Shown here piece after piece: positions 49,701-63,730 of a stretch of DNA of 64,000 nt; position 1 is the first letter of the stretch, and each line of letters begins with the position of its first letter. The notes beneath the pieces are model-generated. The model did no database searches and had not been told where the DNA came from. It saw only the letters and a program-made list of their open reading frames with translations. The position numbers and the translations under genes are program-made. The DNA lies in contig NC_091476.1 of NCBI RefSeq assembly GCF_036971445.1, positions 3,658,001 through 3,722,000 of the forward strand, in the 5' to 3' direction. The DNA comes from Narcine bancroftii (taxonomy: Eukaryota).

Positions 49701-52700
49701 AAGGTCAGTCGCTGGGCTGTCATCATCGTTGCTAGGTTGCCTTTCTCTCTCTGCAATTGTTTTGTCTTTAGCTGCCTGTTTATTTGCAGACCACCAGTGA
49801 TTTAGAAGTGGACATTTAGCTTCGTTATGTCCTTCTGTTTTGCAATAGTTGCATTTAGAATTTGTGAAGAAACTGTTTTCTGGTTGGTGGTTGTATTTCC
49901 CACAACGAAAACATTGTTGGCGGGAAGACCTCCCGACTAGTAGGTCTGGTTGACCCACATCCAAGTTTTTATCTGCCATTTCAGACGTGCAGGCAGTTCT
50001 ATATGCAATCTGTAACGTAACGCTTTCATCTATTGCGAATAATTTTTGCCTTGCTTGGCCATTTTCCAGCCCCCTCACTAATCTGTCTCTCAGTGCCTGA
50101 TTTAGAAACTGATCAAAATAACAGTGGTCTGCCAGTTTGCACAAATTATGCCAGGTATTCACTTACTGTTTCTCCTGGTCCTTGTCTCCTTTCATAGAAT
50201 CATTGCCTTGCTGCCATAACTGGTGGTTTGGGGCTTAAATGGTTCCTTAGAGCTGTGTATAATTCATTGAATGTCTTTATCCCTGGATCCTCCGGGGCCA
50301 GCAAGATGTTAAGGAGGTCAAATGTTTTGCTGCCCATTATACTGAGGAAGAGGGCACGTTTGCGGTTTACTGGACCTTCCACTGGGCTACACAGTAGTGG
50401 TTAAACCATTCTACATAGTTATCCCAACTTTCTTCTACTTCGTTGAATTCCCTGAACTTTCCCTCCGCCATCTTTTTTTAAATATATTTTTATTTTTCAC
50501 AATGTGAACCATATCAACCAAAATATATACAAACATTTCTCATTAAATATACACAGTGGCATTTTCTCCCTTTTTTTTCCCCCTACCCTCCCTCCCCCTT
50601 TCCCACCACCCTCCAAAACCAATAAATATTCAACATATACAATACAATAAAACCATGAAACAATGTCTTCACACAATGAAAAATAAACAAGAAAAATGTG
50701 TCATCTACTTTTACACACTGAATCAAGTAGTTTTGTCTTATCATTTTAGGGGGTGGAGGTCCGAGGCAAACCCTCTCTGTTATGTTCCATGTACAATTCC
50801 CAAATTTGTTCAAATAATATGACTTTATTTTTTAAATTATGTTATTTTTTTCCAATGGAATACATTTATACATTTATTCATTTCTACTCTCAGGCTCTCT
50901 TCTGATTTCCAAGTTGACATTATACATTTTTTTGCTACTGGTAAGGCTATCATAATAAATCTTTTTTGCGCTTTATCCAATTTGAGGCTTAATTCCTTAC
51001 TTCTTATATTACTTAAAAGATGTCTGGAATTTTTGGTATGTTATTGTGATTTTATTTAATATCTGATTTAGATCTTCCCAAAACATTTTCACTTTCTCAC
51101 ATGCCCAAATTGCATGTACTGTTGTTCCATTTCCTTTTTACAGTGAAAACATCTCTCTGATAATGTTGGATCCCATTCTTTTAACATTTGGGGTGTGATA
51201 TATAACCTGTGTAACCAATTATTCTGTATCATGCGTAACCTTGTGTTTATTATATTCTTCATAGTTCCAGAACATAACTTTTCCCATGCTTCATTTTTTA
51301 TCTTTATAGTTTAAATCTTTTCCCACTTTTGCTTAGGTTTATAGTTTATTTCATTTTCCTTATCTTGCAGCTTAATGTACATGTTCGTTATAAATCTTTT
51401 AATTATCATTGTGTTTGTAATCACATATTCGAAGCTGCTTCCTTCAGGTAATCTCAGTCTGTTTCCCAATTTATCCTTTAAAAAAGCTTTCAGTTGATGA
51501 TATGCAAACATTGTACCATGAGTTATTCCATATTTGTACTTCAACTGTTCAAATGTTAATAAACTATTTCCCAAAAAACAATTTTCTATTCTTTTGATTC
51601 CTTTTCTCTCCCATTCGCTAAAGGAAAGGTTATCTATTGTAAAAGGGATTAGTGGATTTTGTGTCAATAACAATTTTGGGGAAATCAGAAAAGAGCCTGA
51701 GATACAGCAATTGTACATGGAAATGAATAACATTGGAAAAAATAACATATAATTTAAAAAATAAAGTCACATTATTTGAACAAATTTGGGAACCACACAT
51801 GGAACACAACAGAGAGAGCCTACTGTGGACCTCCACCCTCTAAAATGATAGAATGAGAAGACGAAATGAACTGACCCAGTGTGTTAAAGTAGATGATACA
51901 ATTTTCTTGTTTATTTTCATTGCGTGATGACATTGTTTAATGGGTTTATTGTATTGTATATGTTGAACGTTTAATGAGTTTGGAGGGGGGCGGGAAGGAG
52001 GGAGGGAAGGGAGGGGGGAAAAATAACACTGTGTATATTCAAGAGGGAAATGTTTGTGTGTATATTTTGTGAAAAATTTTTTAAAAAAATTTTGGTATTT
52101 GTTTTTATCCTAAGTAGATCTTCTTCCATATATTAAGTAAATGATGCAATACTGGTGAGCCTTTGTATTGCACCAGCTTTTCATCCCAGTTATCCTATTT
52201 TATCTAATTCTATCTTAGTCCTCCCTCCGCCATCTTGATGCACTTTCACCTTGATCTTTTGGCGGGAATTTGTTGGGGTTGTTAGATAGTTGTTTTCTAC
52301 CATTCTGTGTTGTTTTCTTTCTCACGATTGCTGCATGGAATATGTGTAGAGTTTGTATCCCATCCTCATTGCCACTGTTGGGTATGCACTCACACAATTA
52401 AGACTCGAAGACGTGATGCTTTCTCATCCTTTACTTCTAGTAGACTAACATGGCTACTGACACACAGGGTTTTATATGTATGGACAGGTGACATCAATGA
52501 TGTGGGCATCATGATGTCCAGCAGAGGGCGGGCTTATGCCCAACCATGTGGGACCCAGAGGAAAATGGCAACTTGGATCCAGTAGTGGCTCAGTGACAGG
52601 AATCAAAGAGTAATAGGTAATCAGTATTTTGGGTCTGGTGAGATGTTTGTATTGGTGGAGGGAAGATAAGTCTGAGAAATTTCATGTTGTGCTTGGGAAG

Positions 52701-55700
52701 GACAAATAAGGCAAGAGAATGGTCATTAATTGACAGGAGGTTGAGGAATGATGGTGACAGCTCGGACTGCATGTCCACAGTTCCGTTCAAGAGAAATGGG
52801 TGGATCAGGAAATTAAAGAAGGGTCGCAGGATTCTTCACTTATTGACTCTGCAGTAGATTATAAGAACAGGGTGTGTGTGTATGTTTGGGGGTTGTCGGG
52901 GGGGGGGGGGGGGGGAGGGGGAGAGGCAATACCAGAGTTGTATGAAATGTTTGTTAGGCACAGGTAGAATATTGTGTAGAAATCACCACAGTTCAGGAAG
53001 TGTATAATAGCCCTAGAGAGATTGCAAGGAGATTTAGAAAGGTTTTCTTAGGTAAAATCATTTTAGTGTTAAATGGGAAAACATTTTGATACCAGATGTT
53101 AATGATATTCTCAGTAATACATTTCAGATGGGCAGAGCTTAACTGGATGCAGTTTTTTATATTGCTTTATATATTTAAAATCCAATATGCATGCTTGTAT
53201 TTTAAACACCAAAGTAATAATTTAACACCGATGCATCTTGGCACTGTGTCTAGAAACATGTGGGCACAGAATAGGTCTCATCTCTGCCCTAAACATACTC
53301 CACATATTTGTGTAAAATTGTGGATGTGATAAATGGTGTCTTTAAATGCAAGCATTCTTATTTTAATAAATCACCATTCTGTGTCACATGTCTTCAGACA
53401 ATATATTTAATCATATGCTATTTTCATCTCTTTTGAAAGGAAAAGGCCCTTTTCAGATGCCTAATATCCAATGGGTGACGTGCAAGGACTTCACTGTTAG
53501 CCTTGGGGCAAAACAAATAGAAGAATATATCTCTGTAAGTTTATTGTATGCAGATACAGACTCTTGTACTGTGGCTTTCATCTCCTCCTTTCTTATTATC
53601 AGTTGCCTTTTGTCTCAGAAATCCCGTGGAAGCATGTAGCTAACATTGAATTCAAGTGTGGTCAGTCTCTCAGGGGATTCCAAAAACAAATCAAGGTCAT
53701 TTGTTCTGCTCAGGATGGTAATATATGGTGAGTTAGCCATGTGGGGAATCATGGATTTGGTGGTAAGTTCTAACCAACCTAACCGGTTCTGATGTTGTGG
53801 TAATAGTAATGGACAAATTAATAGGATGCAATTACTCCAGAAAAAGTTTCCCTTTCAGATATATTGTGAATGCAGCACAGCACTTCGCAGTGACCCTGTA
53901 ATAATGCCTCTCACAGCAATGGTGACCCAAGTTTTATCTTGATCTCCACAGCCCTGCTGTCTGTGGGGAGTTTGCATGGTGTCATCGTGACAGTGTATGG
54001 GGGCTTTTCATCATGGAAACATAACCTTCAGCTAAGTTGTCTACTCAAGCTAGACCCTTTGCCTATATTTGGCCCACATCCTCCTAAACTTTTCCTATCC
54101 ATGAACCTGACTAATCGTCTTTTAAACTTTACAATTGTCCTGGCTCTGACAGCTTGTTCCATTTACCCACTGCCCTCTGTGTGAGAAAGGTGCCTCTCAG
54201 GTATTTTTTGAATATGTGTTCCCTCCTCTCACCTTAAATTTATCCTGGTAAAAGATAGACTATTTATCGATGCCCCTCGTGATATAAACCTCTGAGTCCC
54301 CCTTCAGCCTTGATGTCAAGGGGCAAAAGACCCAGCTTATCCAGCCCCAACTAATAATTCAAACTTTTTAATGAATCTTTTCTGCTCACTTCCCTAATGA
54401 TAGCTCTCCTTTAGCTGGGTATGAGAACTGCACACAATATCTTGCACAGTTGTACATTACATCCCTGCTCCTGCACTCAATGTCAGTGAAGGCAAGTAAG
54501 CCAAATATCTTCTTCGCTATCCTGTCGACCTGCTCTGGTTTCCTCCTACATCTCAAAGCTTTTCTGATTGGTTGGTTAATTGGCTCCTGCAAATAACCCC
54601 CAGAGTGGGTGAATGGTTGGAGGATCATGGGAATTTAATGGATGTGTGGAAGAAGAGGTTACAGGGTAACAAGTGGGTTGATAGGATTCCTCTGAGCACT
54701 GAACTGGCCTCCTTCTGAACCATAAGGAAACATCGTGTTGTTCTTGTAAAAGTTTCTTTGGTGACCAACTTTTAGAAAGTCTTGTTAATTTATGATAGTT
54801 AACATTGCAGTTGTAAACCTTAAAAATAATATGCTGTCAGGGAAATGTTGCCTTTGTACAATACAGTGGGACAGTTCTTGAATAAATCATGTTGGAAAGG
54901 AGGTAGGGCAACATTGGAGAGGTATTAAAAGGCATGTCTCTCTCATCAACCAAACCAAAGCACAAATGAACGTGGATGGCAATGAGGAATGGAGGTTCTA
55001 TGGAACATAAGTGTCTGCAGGTTGGGAGAAGCAATGTTAATGGTGTAAATAAGTGTGACTGTCAACACTGGAAGAGTGTATGATCCAAGCCTTAAAATAA
55101 AATTGAAATTGAGTGAGTAGGAAATATGATTTTGTATTCCGACAGATATAAAAAATTGCTACTTTGACCAGACTCGCCATATGGAAGACTTGATACCAGG
55201 GTACTCTTTGGCATGAATTCAGTGCCAATTAAAGAACAAATTATGAATTCTGGGTGCCTTTCAGTCCTACGTTCGTGTGCTCATTGATCAAGGAGCACAC
55301 TTAAACTTTAATGTAATCCTTGCTGCTTTTAGGAAATCCCGCTGACAAGTGCAGGCTTAAAGTTCACTCATATCGAAGAACCGACGGGTATTACTGGATA
55401 GTTTGTGGAATCTCATCCCAGCTCGAGCATATCAGGAAATTAATCTGAGGTGGCATGAGTGTGGAAAGGCAAATATAACGCAGCACACTTGCAATCCTGG
55501 CAGAAAGTTAATTATCATGTAATTAACAAGTATTGTTCTGTACTCTAACAGACATGGACGTTTTCTAACTGCTGGCTTCACTGTCTGGATTACCTGAGGG
55601 CAGAAGAATTGGAACATCACATTAATCATCATTATCGGGTGCGATGGAGTGTTCCAACTCGAAGGAAGCCCATACCACGAGCAACAGCGTCCACCTATTT

Positions 55701-58700
55701 TATTATTGAAATCTCTAAAGTTAAACCTCCTGTGAGTAAAAGAGTAAAATCCATTCACCCCATTGCTTGGATGAGTTTTCTAGGTTTTATATAATGAACA
55801 CTGCAGAATTTCTATTCAGCATTGTGGGGTTGTGAGAGTGAATGGGCTTGGTTTATTGTTGCTGATCAGTGGGGCACAGAATCTGGATAAGTAGAGTCAA
55901 GAAGGGGCAGAGGGTTGTGTGCTCCAGTGGGAACATTGGGTACTGATCTGGGATGGCTGCCTCCAACTACAAGACTACTGTGGCTTCACTACAGACCTGG
56001 GAACAGTCTCTCTGATGACAAAACCACCAGGGACACAGTACAGATCTGGGAGCAGTGTGCTACCACCTAGAGGATTAAGTGTAGATCTGGGATCAGTGAC
56101 TAAACTGCTCAGCATCTATAGACAGAACTGGGAGTAAGGCTGAAGCTGTTGGGAACCCAAGGGATCAGAGTTTATACTTTGGAGGAACCAGTACAGTCAT
56201 GATAACAGCCGTATCCTCGAGGGATCCAGCACAGACCTGGGATCAGTGATTTAAAAATTAAACTATTGAGGTTTCAATTCTTGCAATGTATCTTTCCAAT
56301 GGGGATGATGGCAAAGGTTGAAGATCTTGAGCTTGCTGCCATTGAGGTGATAATAATGTGTCCCTTGCTGACATTCCTGTGATTGGTGATTTAGTACAGA
56401 CATCTTCCTATTTGCAGTGAATGGAAACCCTCTGATGGATGTACCCAGGAGTGGAGTTTTCACTCCATGATCCCTTGCTCCATAAACTCATCAATGCATG
56501 CTTGACCCTCCAATTTGTCTTGGCAGTGGTAATACTCTGAATAACCCAAACTTCTACACCTTTATGTGAATTGCTAAAGCATAAATATTACTGAAGACCT
56601 GAAAGTTTAAACTAAAGTAGGCATAAGCACATAAAAATTGATCCGGTCAGTGATGCTCCCTGTAGTTTTAAAATGAATAATGATCAGTTCTTTTAGTGAT
56701 GTAATTAATATTGTACTATTATTATCTGAATGTTTTCAGGTTTTTCCGGTTGAAGTTTACTTCTTTTTTGAAGCAAACAGACTTCTGCACAGGTAGATAA
56801 TATATTTATAACTTATAGCAATTGCCTGTGTGTTTTAATTCATTTCCAGAATGTTCTGTTAGTGAGAAGCTCATCATTTATTGCCCATCTCTTGTTGGTG
56901 GTCTGCCTTCAGCTTTAACTGAGTTTTGTACAATTTGTTCATCTGGACAATTGGGCATCTAAATTGGCATCGATTTAGAATATAGTGCATCTTCCAGGCA
57001 ATGGAAGCAGGTTAGCTTCCTGAAAGAACTTTAGTGAGTGAGTTGGATTTCCACGAGAATCAGGCAGCTTTAAGCTAACTTCTTTTGAAGAATTTTATAA
57101 GCTAGGCTGTGTTCTCAAAATTATGTGGTGGAATTTGAGTAAGCTTTGTTTCCTTTGTCCCTGGGAACAGAAGTAGCTTTCCACCCAAAATAAAGGAAAC
57201 AACCATGGGTCATGAAGCAAAATGTTCTGCATGGAGGGGATGAAATGATGCTTAGAGGAGGTGCCAGCACTGTCCAGCTGTTAGATTCTGGCACTGAAGC
57301 GCCTGCCATATTTCCACGTGGTTTTTTTTTTGGTTTGTCTTCTTTTGTGAATTTTCTAGTCCAGTTTTACTTCTTGTTGCATCAAATTAGAACATGAAAA
57401 CCTTTTCAGCATTAGTAATATTAAACAGGATGGCACAAGTTAGTGGAGTGGTTCACCAGCGACCTGGGTTCGGATCCAGTGCTGTCTGTGAGGAGTTTGT
57501 ATGATCATATCTATGAGTCAACAGCTTTGTCAGTCAGGAGGTACTACAAAGACAGAAGGCAGATTTCCTTCCTTAATGAACAGTGAACCAATTGGGCCAC
57601 CATTAATGCTTTAGTTCCACATTATTTCATTAATTCAACCCAAATTCCTTTGCAGCTGCAGTGGAATTTAAACTTGCATTTCAGTCATTAATCCAAACAG
57701 AAAATACTCAGATTATACAGCATTTGTCGAGAGCCAATTAATTTCTTTTTTTTTTTCTTTTTTTTTGAGAGCCAATTAATTTCTGATGAGAGATCAAGTT
57801 AAACCATCAACTCTTTCTCTCCATAGAGGGTCCCAACATACTATTTTCAGCCTTTTAGATTTGTTTCATCTGCAATCTTATTTTCTTTCTTCATGAATTT
57901 TTACATCTAACTTATCAATAGAGTACTATCACAATATTTGCATACTATTGAATTTCAAAAAATATCTCCACTTGACAATATATACAAATTCATGAGAACA
58001 TTACAAACCTTGTCATGAAACAGACAATTGTGGCAATACTCAGCAAGAAACTGAATTAATGCCTTGGATTGATGAGCTTTCATCATAATTTAAGATTTCA
58101 TACACCCGTTTTTCTTATTGATGAAAACAATGTCTATGTGCCTTACAGGAGCTAAGATATATTTTAATGGACACTCCTTATCTAGCAGATACTGAACTGA
58201 ATACAGGGAGCTACTAAAAGAATATCAAGGACAAATAGCATATGGAAATGTTTACATATCTGATTTAATTTGCCTAGAGTACTGGTGTTTAATTCCAAAT
58301 AAATATCCCCTTTTAAGTTTATTAAAAATTGAAAAATATGGAATTCTCTATTGTTTAAAATTGTTGTGGTCTATTCCTGTATTTAGGGTCCAGACCATTT
58401 CCAAATGCTTGATTATATTTGGACTTTATACCATTCACTCAAGACTTGTCAATGATTAATTTATGTCACTGACTCAGCACCTTTGTGCAAAAAAGTGATC
58501 TCACACACTCCGAGAAGTGTGCACTATGGTTTCCAAAAGCTTGATATGGAGTCATTCACGAACCACTGTTTATAATCAGCTGTTAAACCAAAAAAAATTG
58601 AATAGCGGTTGTGTTAAATTATTGGATTTCTAGTTCAAGATGTCATTAGAGATAGACAACCAAGGTGCTCAACACATATTAATATACATTTTGATGCACT

Positions 58701-59175
58701 AACACAAGGTAAAATTTTACATCTTAATAAGATGAGTAAATGAATGGGAATTTGAGTGAACCCAAGACCACAAAAGTAACCAAGGTTCTTGTAATATTTG
58801 AAGTTCAACTTGAAGTATGCTTGAAACCACTTGTACAGAAATGGATTGGGTTGAGAGTGGAGATAGCTGTACAGTTTGAAAATCATTTATCTTTATTAGT
58901 AACAATGGGTTCTTCAGAATATTTGCAGTTGATTTTACTAATTGATTCAGGATATTAATGCCAGGTAAAACCGATTTTATTTTTTCAGAAATGTTTAATT
59001 AATTGGCTATTTTATCCAGGGATTATACTGAAACCACACGATTTAAAAAAAAAAATCAGAGAACTAGCAGCATTTTTTTTTTGTTTAAAGACCAGGTCAA
59101 TCAAGATTTAAAGAAAAGTGGCTGAAAGACATCATCGAAAACAAAATTCTATTAATGGAGGATCTGGAGTTTTAG
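46650..59175 (+). CDS. AKAP14: A-kinase anchor protein 14 (AKAP28), complete 173-aa spliced CDS
   Basis: Exons 46650-46758, 53440-53534, 55552-55731, 56740-56792, 59091-59175 total 522 nt in frame. N-terminal amphipathic helix, NIQWVTCKDFTV.LG.KQIEEY, YRVRWSVPT..KPIP, HRPGQSRFKEKWLKDI. Lies between NDUFA1 and NKAP as in other vertebrates. Confidence 0.92.
50475..52221 (-). mobile_element. 5'-truncated LINE-1 inserted at the Gypsy gag start codon
   Basis: 15-bp TSD TCCCTCCGCCATCTT at 50460-50474 and 52222-52236; poly-T on the left; ORF2 C-terminal remnants. Confidence 0.9.
51680..52087 (+). mobile_element. L1 3'-end fragment nested in opposite orientation in the preceding L1
   Basis: 8-bp TSD AATTTTGG at 51672-51679 and 52088-52095; removing the insert restores the host frame QIPKLLLTQNPL. 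Confidence 0.85.
53440..53534 (+). CDS. AKAP14: AKAP14 coding exon 2
   Basis: aaag|GKGPFQMPNIQWVTCKDFTVSLGAKQIEEYIS|gtaagt. Confidence 0.9.
55552..55731 (+). CDS. AKAP14: AKAP14 coding exon 3
   Basis: aacag|TWTFSNCWLHCLDYL...YRVRWSVPTRRKPIPRATASTYFIIEISKVKPP|gtgagt; 180 nt. Confidence 0.93.
55920..56250. repeat. Degenerate 40-50-bp tandem repeat (AGA[C/T/A]CTGGGA core)
   Basis: Core recurs near 55945, 55993, 56042, 56083, 56125, 56233. Confidence 0.6.
56740..56792 (+). CDS. AKAP14: AKAP14 coding exon 4
   Basis: ttttcag|VFPVEVYFFFEANRLLHR|gtagat; 53 nt. Confidence 0.9.
57729..57784 (-). mobile_element. Poly(A)-only retrotransposition scar with 18-bp TSD
   Basis: GAGAGCCAATTAATTTCT at 57729-57746 and 57767-57784 flanking T10-C-T9. 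Confidence 0.8.
59091..59175 (+). CDS. AKAP14: AKAP14 last coding exon
   Basis: taaag|PGQSRFKEKWLKDIIENKILLMEDLEF-TAG. Confidence 0.92.
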
Positions 59176-59902
59176 GTTCAAGTGTATATATTTGGAAGAA
59201 GCCAAGTTATTTCTGGTTTTGATTTTACTTTGAATAACATTTTAAAAATTATAATTTACACGTTGAGATGGTTCAATGGGGTCTCCAGTTTCTTTCTGCT
59301 CTCCTTTTGCCCACATTCCTGCTGTCCATTTATGAATCATGATGTTAATGACAGCAAGTTATTTCATCTCCCTTTCTGAGTGCTGACCTGTTCTTGGACT
59401 TGATTTAAAAATTCCAAATGACCTTACCCAAGCAAATCAGGAGTCTTGCTGCTGTAACTACAAGTGTCACCCGTCCATGTTCTTGAGGAAGCGTCACAGC
59501 TGCCTTACCCATGACAGTTGTCAATTTTTAAAATCTAGAGCATTTCCTTTCCATATCTTGGAGTTACATGGCCAAAACAAGTCCCCAGATCTTTTGTCAC
59601 TGGCCTGAATCAAACCAAGTACTTCTTTGTAACTGTGAAAAAAAAAAACCCTGATAAAGGTTTTCTGATTGAGACATCATGGAGCAAGTTTTTTTTAAAT
59701 TTGCATGATTTTCAAAATTAATAAATGTACAATAATGTATAGAAACATATTTCTGTATCTTTCACTGTTTAAATAAACCAGTTTCAGATCCACACCAATT
59801 TCAATCCCGTTGTTGTAGTACGTAACATGAGTGAAGATACTAATTTCCACAGAAACAAATTATTTCCAAATGAGCAATTACTTGGGAAATACTTCCAATT
59901 TA

Positions 59903-60150
59903 AATGTTAAATTTAGATATACAGCACATTAACAGGGGCTTTTGGCACACGATCTTATTACACCCAATTGACCTGCAACCCCCAGTATATTTTGAATGGT
60001 GCAAGTTCACTAGAGAACTTAGAGGAAACCAATGCAGACAGACACAAAGAGATTCTACAAACTCCTTACAGACGTGGGATTCGAACCATGGTCCCAGACG
60101 CTGGCATTGCAACAGCGCTACAATCACCGCTATGCTAAATGTGCCGCCCA
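59903..60150 (-). mobile_element. V-SINE between the AKAP14 and NKAP 3' ends
   Basis: ACAAACTCCTTACAGAC...GGGATTCGAACC, reverse complement of the tRNA-like head and V domain. Confidence 0.75.
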
Positions 60151-60881
60151 CAATTAAATGTCATTGCTTGACCACAGTGCAAAAGCAGATTGTACATTTT
60201 TACTTTGTTCCATCCCACTGGACATTGTCAGAATACTTTGAATTGGCTGCAAAGAGGTACAGCATGTGTTTCTTTTGGACACACCATCATTAAGATTCTC
60301 TTGGATGTTCTAATCATGACACACTGGTCATATCAATAGTATGGCAACGGCAGTCTTTATTCTAAACCAAACTATTCTTTGTGGACTTCCAGTTAACCAT
60401 ACCATCTGGATAATGAAATGTTGAATCTTTGGTCATGGATCACCAGCAATCACGATGGTATTAATTGAAGATAATTTTCAAGTTCCTTGGATCTTTCAGC
60501 CAGTAGAATCAAGCATTGAAACGGACTTTTCTCCTTCACCCAACTAATCAATTTGAGTGGAACGTACCAAGTTATTATTTTAATATTACAGTTTTACATC
60601 AAATTAGCACTGAACCAATTGTTTTATTAAAAAAAGGTGACAGGAAATTAAGTATGCAATATTAACAATTTGAAACAACTGCAGCGAAAACAAGCTGATG
60701 ACATTCAACGATTAAGATTTTAAACACAGGTATTTTAAATGATGGAAATAAAGATTTTAAAATGCCAAAAATGGCCAGCATTATATCACCCATCTGAAAA
60801 ATAATCCTCCTCCAGATGATCCACCTGCTGAACATCTCCTGGGTTTAAATATTATAGAAGATGTTTAAAAAATATCGATCT

Positions 60882-61079
<198 letters not shown>

Positions 61080-62600
61080 TTAAGTCAGAGATGAAATGTC
61101 AGATTAATTACACTCCAAAAAGAAATACAAGCTTAACCGTAAAAGCTGTAAAGAACTATAAAAACTGTGACAGAAGTCAGTTGAAAAGCTTGCTATTTAC
61201 TTAATGCTTAAAATTTCTACTCGTCCAATATTTAGTTTAGCATTTCCTTTCTCTATCTGGTATTTTACAACAATCGAGTTTTTAAAAGCATTAATCAATA
61301 ATTTAGAGGCAAATTTTACAACTTAGGATCACACATACTCTACAGAAAAGTTGTTTGCTCTCAAGGCATTGATTTTTGATAATACCAAACAACATCCAAT
61401 ATTTTAAACAAGAACAGAACAAGATTCAGCTCAGCAATATTGTCATTTATTGTCTAAGCTCCAAGATTATAGACATTCATTTGTAAATCAGGTCATCTCA
61501 ATAACCATATACAGTTTGGATACATATTTTTAATTCAGGAAAGTGAATTTAATGAAGAGCAACTCATTTTAATCCAAAATAATCCAATAAATGCAAGCTC
61601 AGGGAGTTTGTATTTTGCAGGGCAAGCTGGTGGTGGAAATCAATAAACCATTTTATTAAATGCAATGGCGAGCTCCTGAATGAACTTGCTCCCTTGCCAG
61701 ACGGCCCCTGCTGAAGTGTGCACAATTACCATACAAAAACATTCTATTCTGCAGTTCTCTCCTCCAGCTGCTTGTTGAGGTGCATTTTCCAGGGCATAGT
61801 TGTTCCCATCTCCTCTAAGTGAGCATTCACAGTTACAGAATAAAGCAGTAAGTACCTCAAAGATGCTTTACCCAACCCAATTCTCATCTCATCTTTCAGT
61901 TACAGATCAAAGTCTTTTAGTGAATTACAAGAATTCTATAACAACTTTGATTTCTAAAGCAGAAACATCAAGGACAACTAAAATCCCTTCTCTATCTGTC
62001 ATAACTGAGAACAGGCTGAAGGTCCAACATGGTATTTGGCCAAGGAAAGAAAATGACTTCTTTAATCTGCTGTCCAATTGATTTCATTTACTACCTTAGT
62101 TACTTTACAGTTTAATTTATAAAGCCCTCTAAGCTGTTCTCCTAGTTCAAGAACTCACTCACCAAATTAGGCCTCAAGGGCTTTTTTTTGGATTGAATTC
62201 ATTCCCCTAGCTTACTGCATCAATTGACCCTCACATAGTGTACCTGCAAGAAGACTTTTCTACCCACTTTTCTGGGGAAAATTCAAAAGACCCATTAGCA
62301 TTTGTAAAACCAATGGTGTCTGGCACCTATATGGATTGGTAGATGGTGGATAAGTGAATTTTCCAGTTGTTTGCGTGTTGTGTGATTGGCGAACTAACAA
62401 TGAGGTGTGCTAATTTTAAATTTTCGTATTTTTTACCAATTTATTTTCCGTGGTTTTTGTTTTATCTGGTTGCTCGAATTCCAGATTACATGGGTTTACT
62501 GTTTTAGACATTTTTTTCCTCCGTTCTTTCTATGTTTATAAATAAATCCCACAAAACACGCATTTAAAACTCAAACTACACTGTGGGAATAAGTTTCTTA

Positions 62601-62762
<162 letters not shown>

Positions 62763-62804
62763 TCATGATTAACTGCATGAGCAATTACCTTTATTTATCC
62801 ACTG

Positions 62805-63730
62805 AAAGAAACAAAATCTGCTGAAGGAACTCAGTGGGTTGAGCTGTATCAGTGGGGGGAGGAATTGTTGATGTTTCTGGTAGATTCTCTTAATTAAGAC
62901 TGATCATGGGGATGGGAGGGAACCAATACAAGGAGAATTGGGAGAGGGGGAGGAAGACAGCCCAGCATGGGACTGGCGAAATGCAGGTGGGGGATGTCGT
63001 GAGATGAGATTGGTAGACGGATACAGGTGAGGAAAGGCAGATGGAGCAAGATGGGCCAAGGGAAAGTGAAGATGGAGACAGTTGGTAGAGGGTGACCAGC
63101 AGGTACAAAGACCACCAGTGCTGGAATTAGAGAAGGAACAGTAATATTGGTATCCATCAGGGGAGGGGTGAAAGACCGATGGGACCAGGTGAAACCAGGA
63201 ATGGGAGGGAATCTAGAAGGTGAAATATGTGAGTAGAGATGGATGGAACCAGAAGGAAGAGGGGAATAAAATTATTTGAATTCAATTTTGAATTGAAATG
63301 TTTATCATCATGTATTGACAGACACAGTAAAAAGCTTAATACAGAGTGACATACATGTGGCTTGCAAAAGTTACCATGGTCTGGTCCCAATTTGGATCCA
63401 CACAAAAAAAAAGTTCTGAAAACAGTAACAAGGTTAATCCATGGTGCTTCCAAGTGGCACGAATGTCACTTAAGTTATTATCCTGGCTCCACTCTGGCAT
63501 CCAAACTACTTTATTTGAAAATTTGTCTTTTCACACCAAATTCAAATGCTCTTACTGCCATGGAGTTCAAACCTACATTAGCCCAGTAACACACTGAAAA
63601 GGAATGGGCAGAGGGAGTGGGGGGGGGGGGGGGGAGGTGGGGGGGTGGGGAAGGCAGGGTTAGAACCAGGAAACTACTAATGGAGGCCACATTAGAAAAT
63701 TCAATGTTCACTTGCTGGGATCTGAACAGC
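62805..63730 (-). mobile_element. Decayed Penelope-like fragments in an NKAP intron
   Basis: pLTR tail CTGCTGAAGGAACTCAG, purine-rich 3'UTR and NIEFSN motif near 63690-63715; interrupted around 63270-63590. Confidence 0.5.

Larger units (their letters stand above)
47025..52546 (-). mobile_element. Decayed Gypsy (K02A2.6-like) LTR retrotransposon in AKAP14 intron 1
   Basis: gag (MAEGKFREFNEVEESW, CFRCGKYNH, CNYCKTEGHNEAKC), protease MELDTG, RT LDLSQAFQQ and YLDDII, RNase H DASPVGLGAVLSQ, integrase APFHPNTNGEAE; PBS 52357-52374; 5' LTR from 52376; about 40-bp LTR remnant at 47025-47062. Confidence 0.9.
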
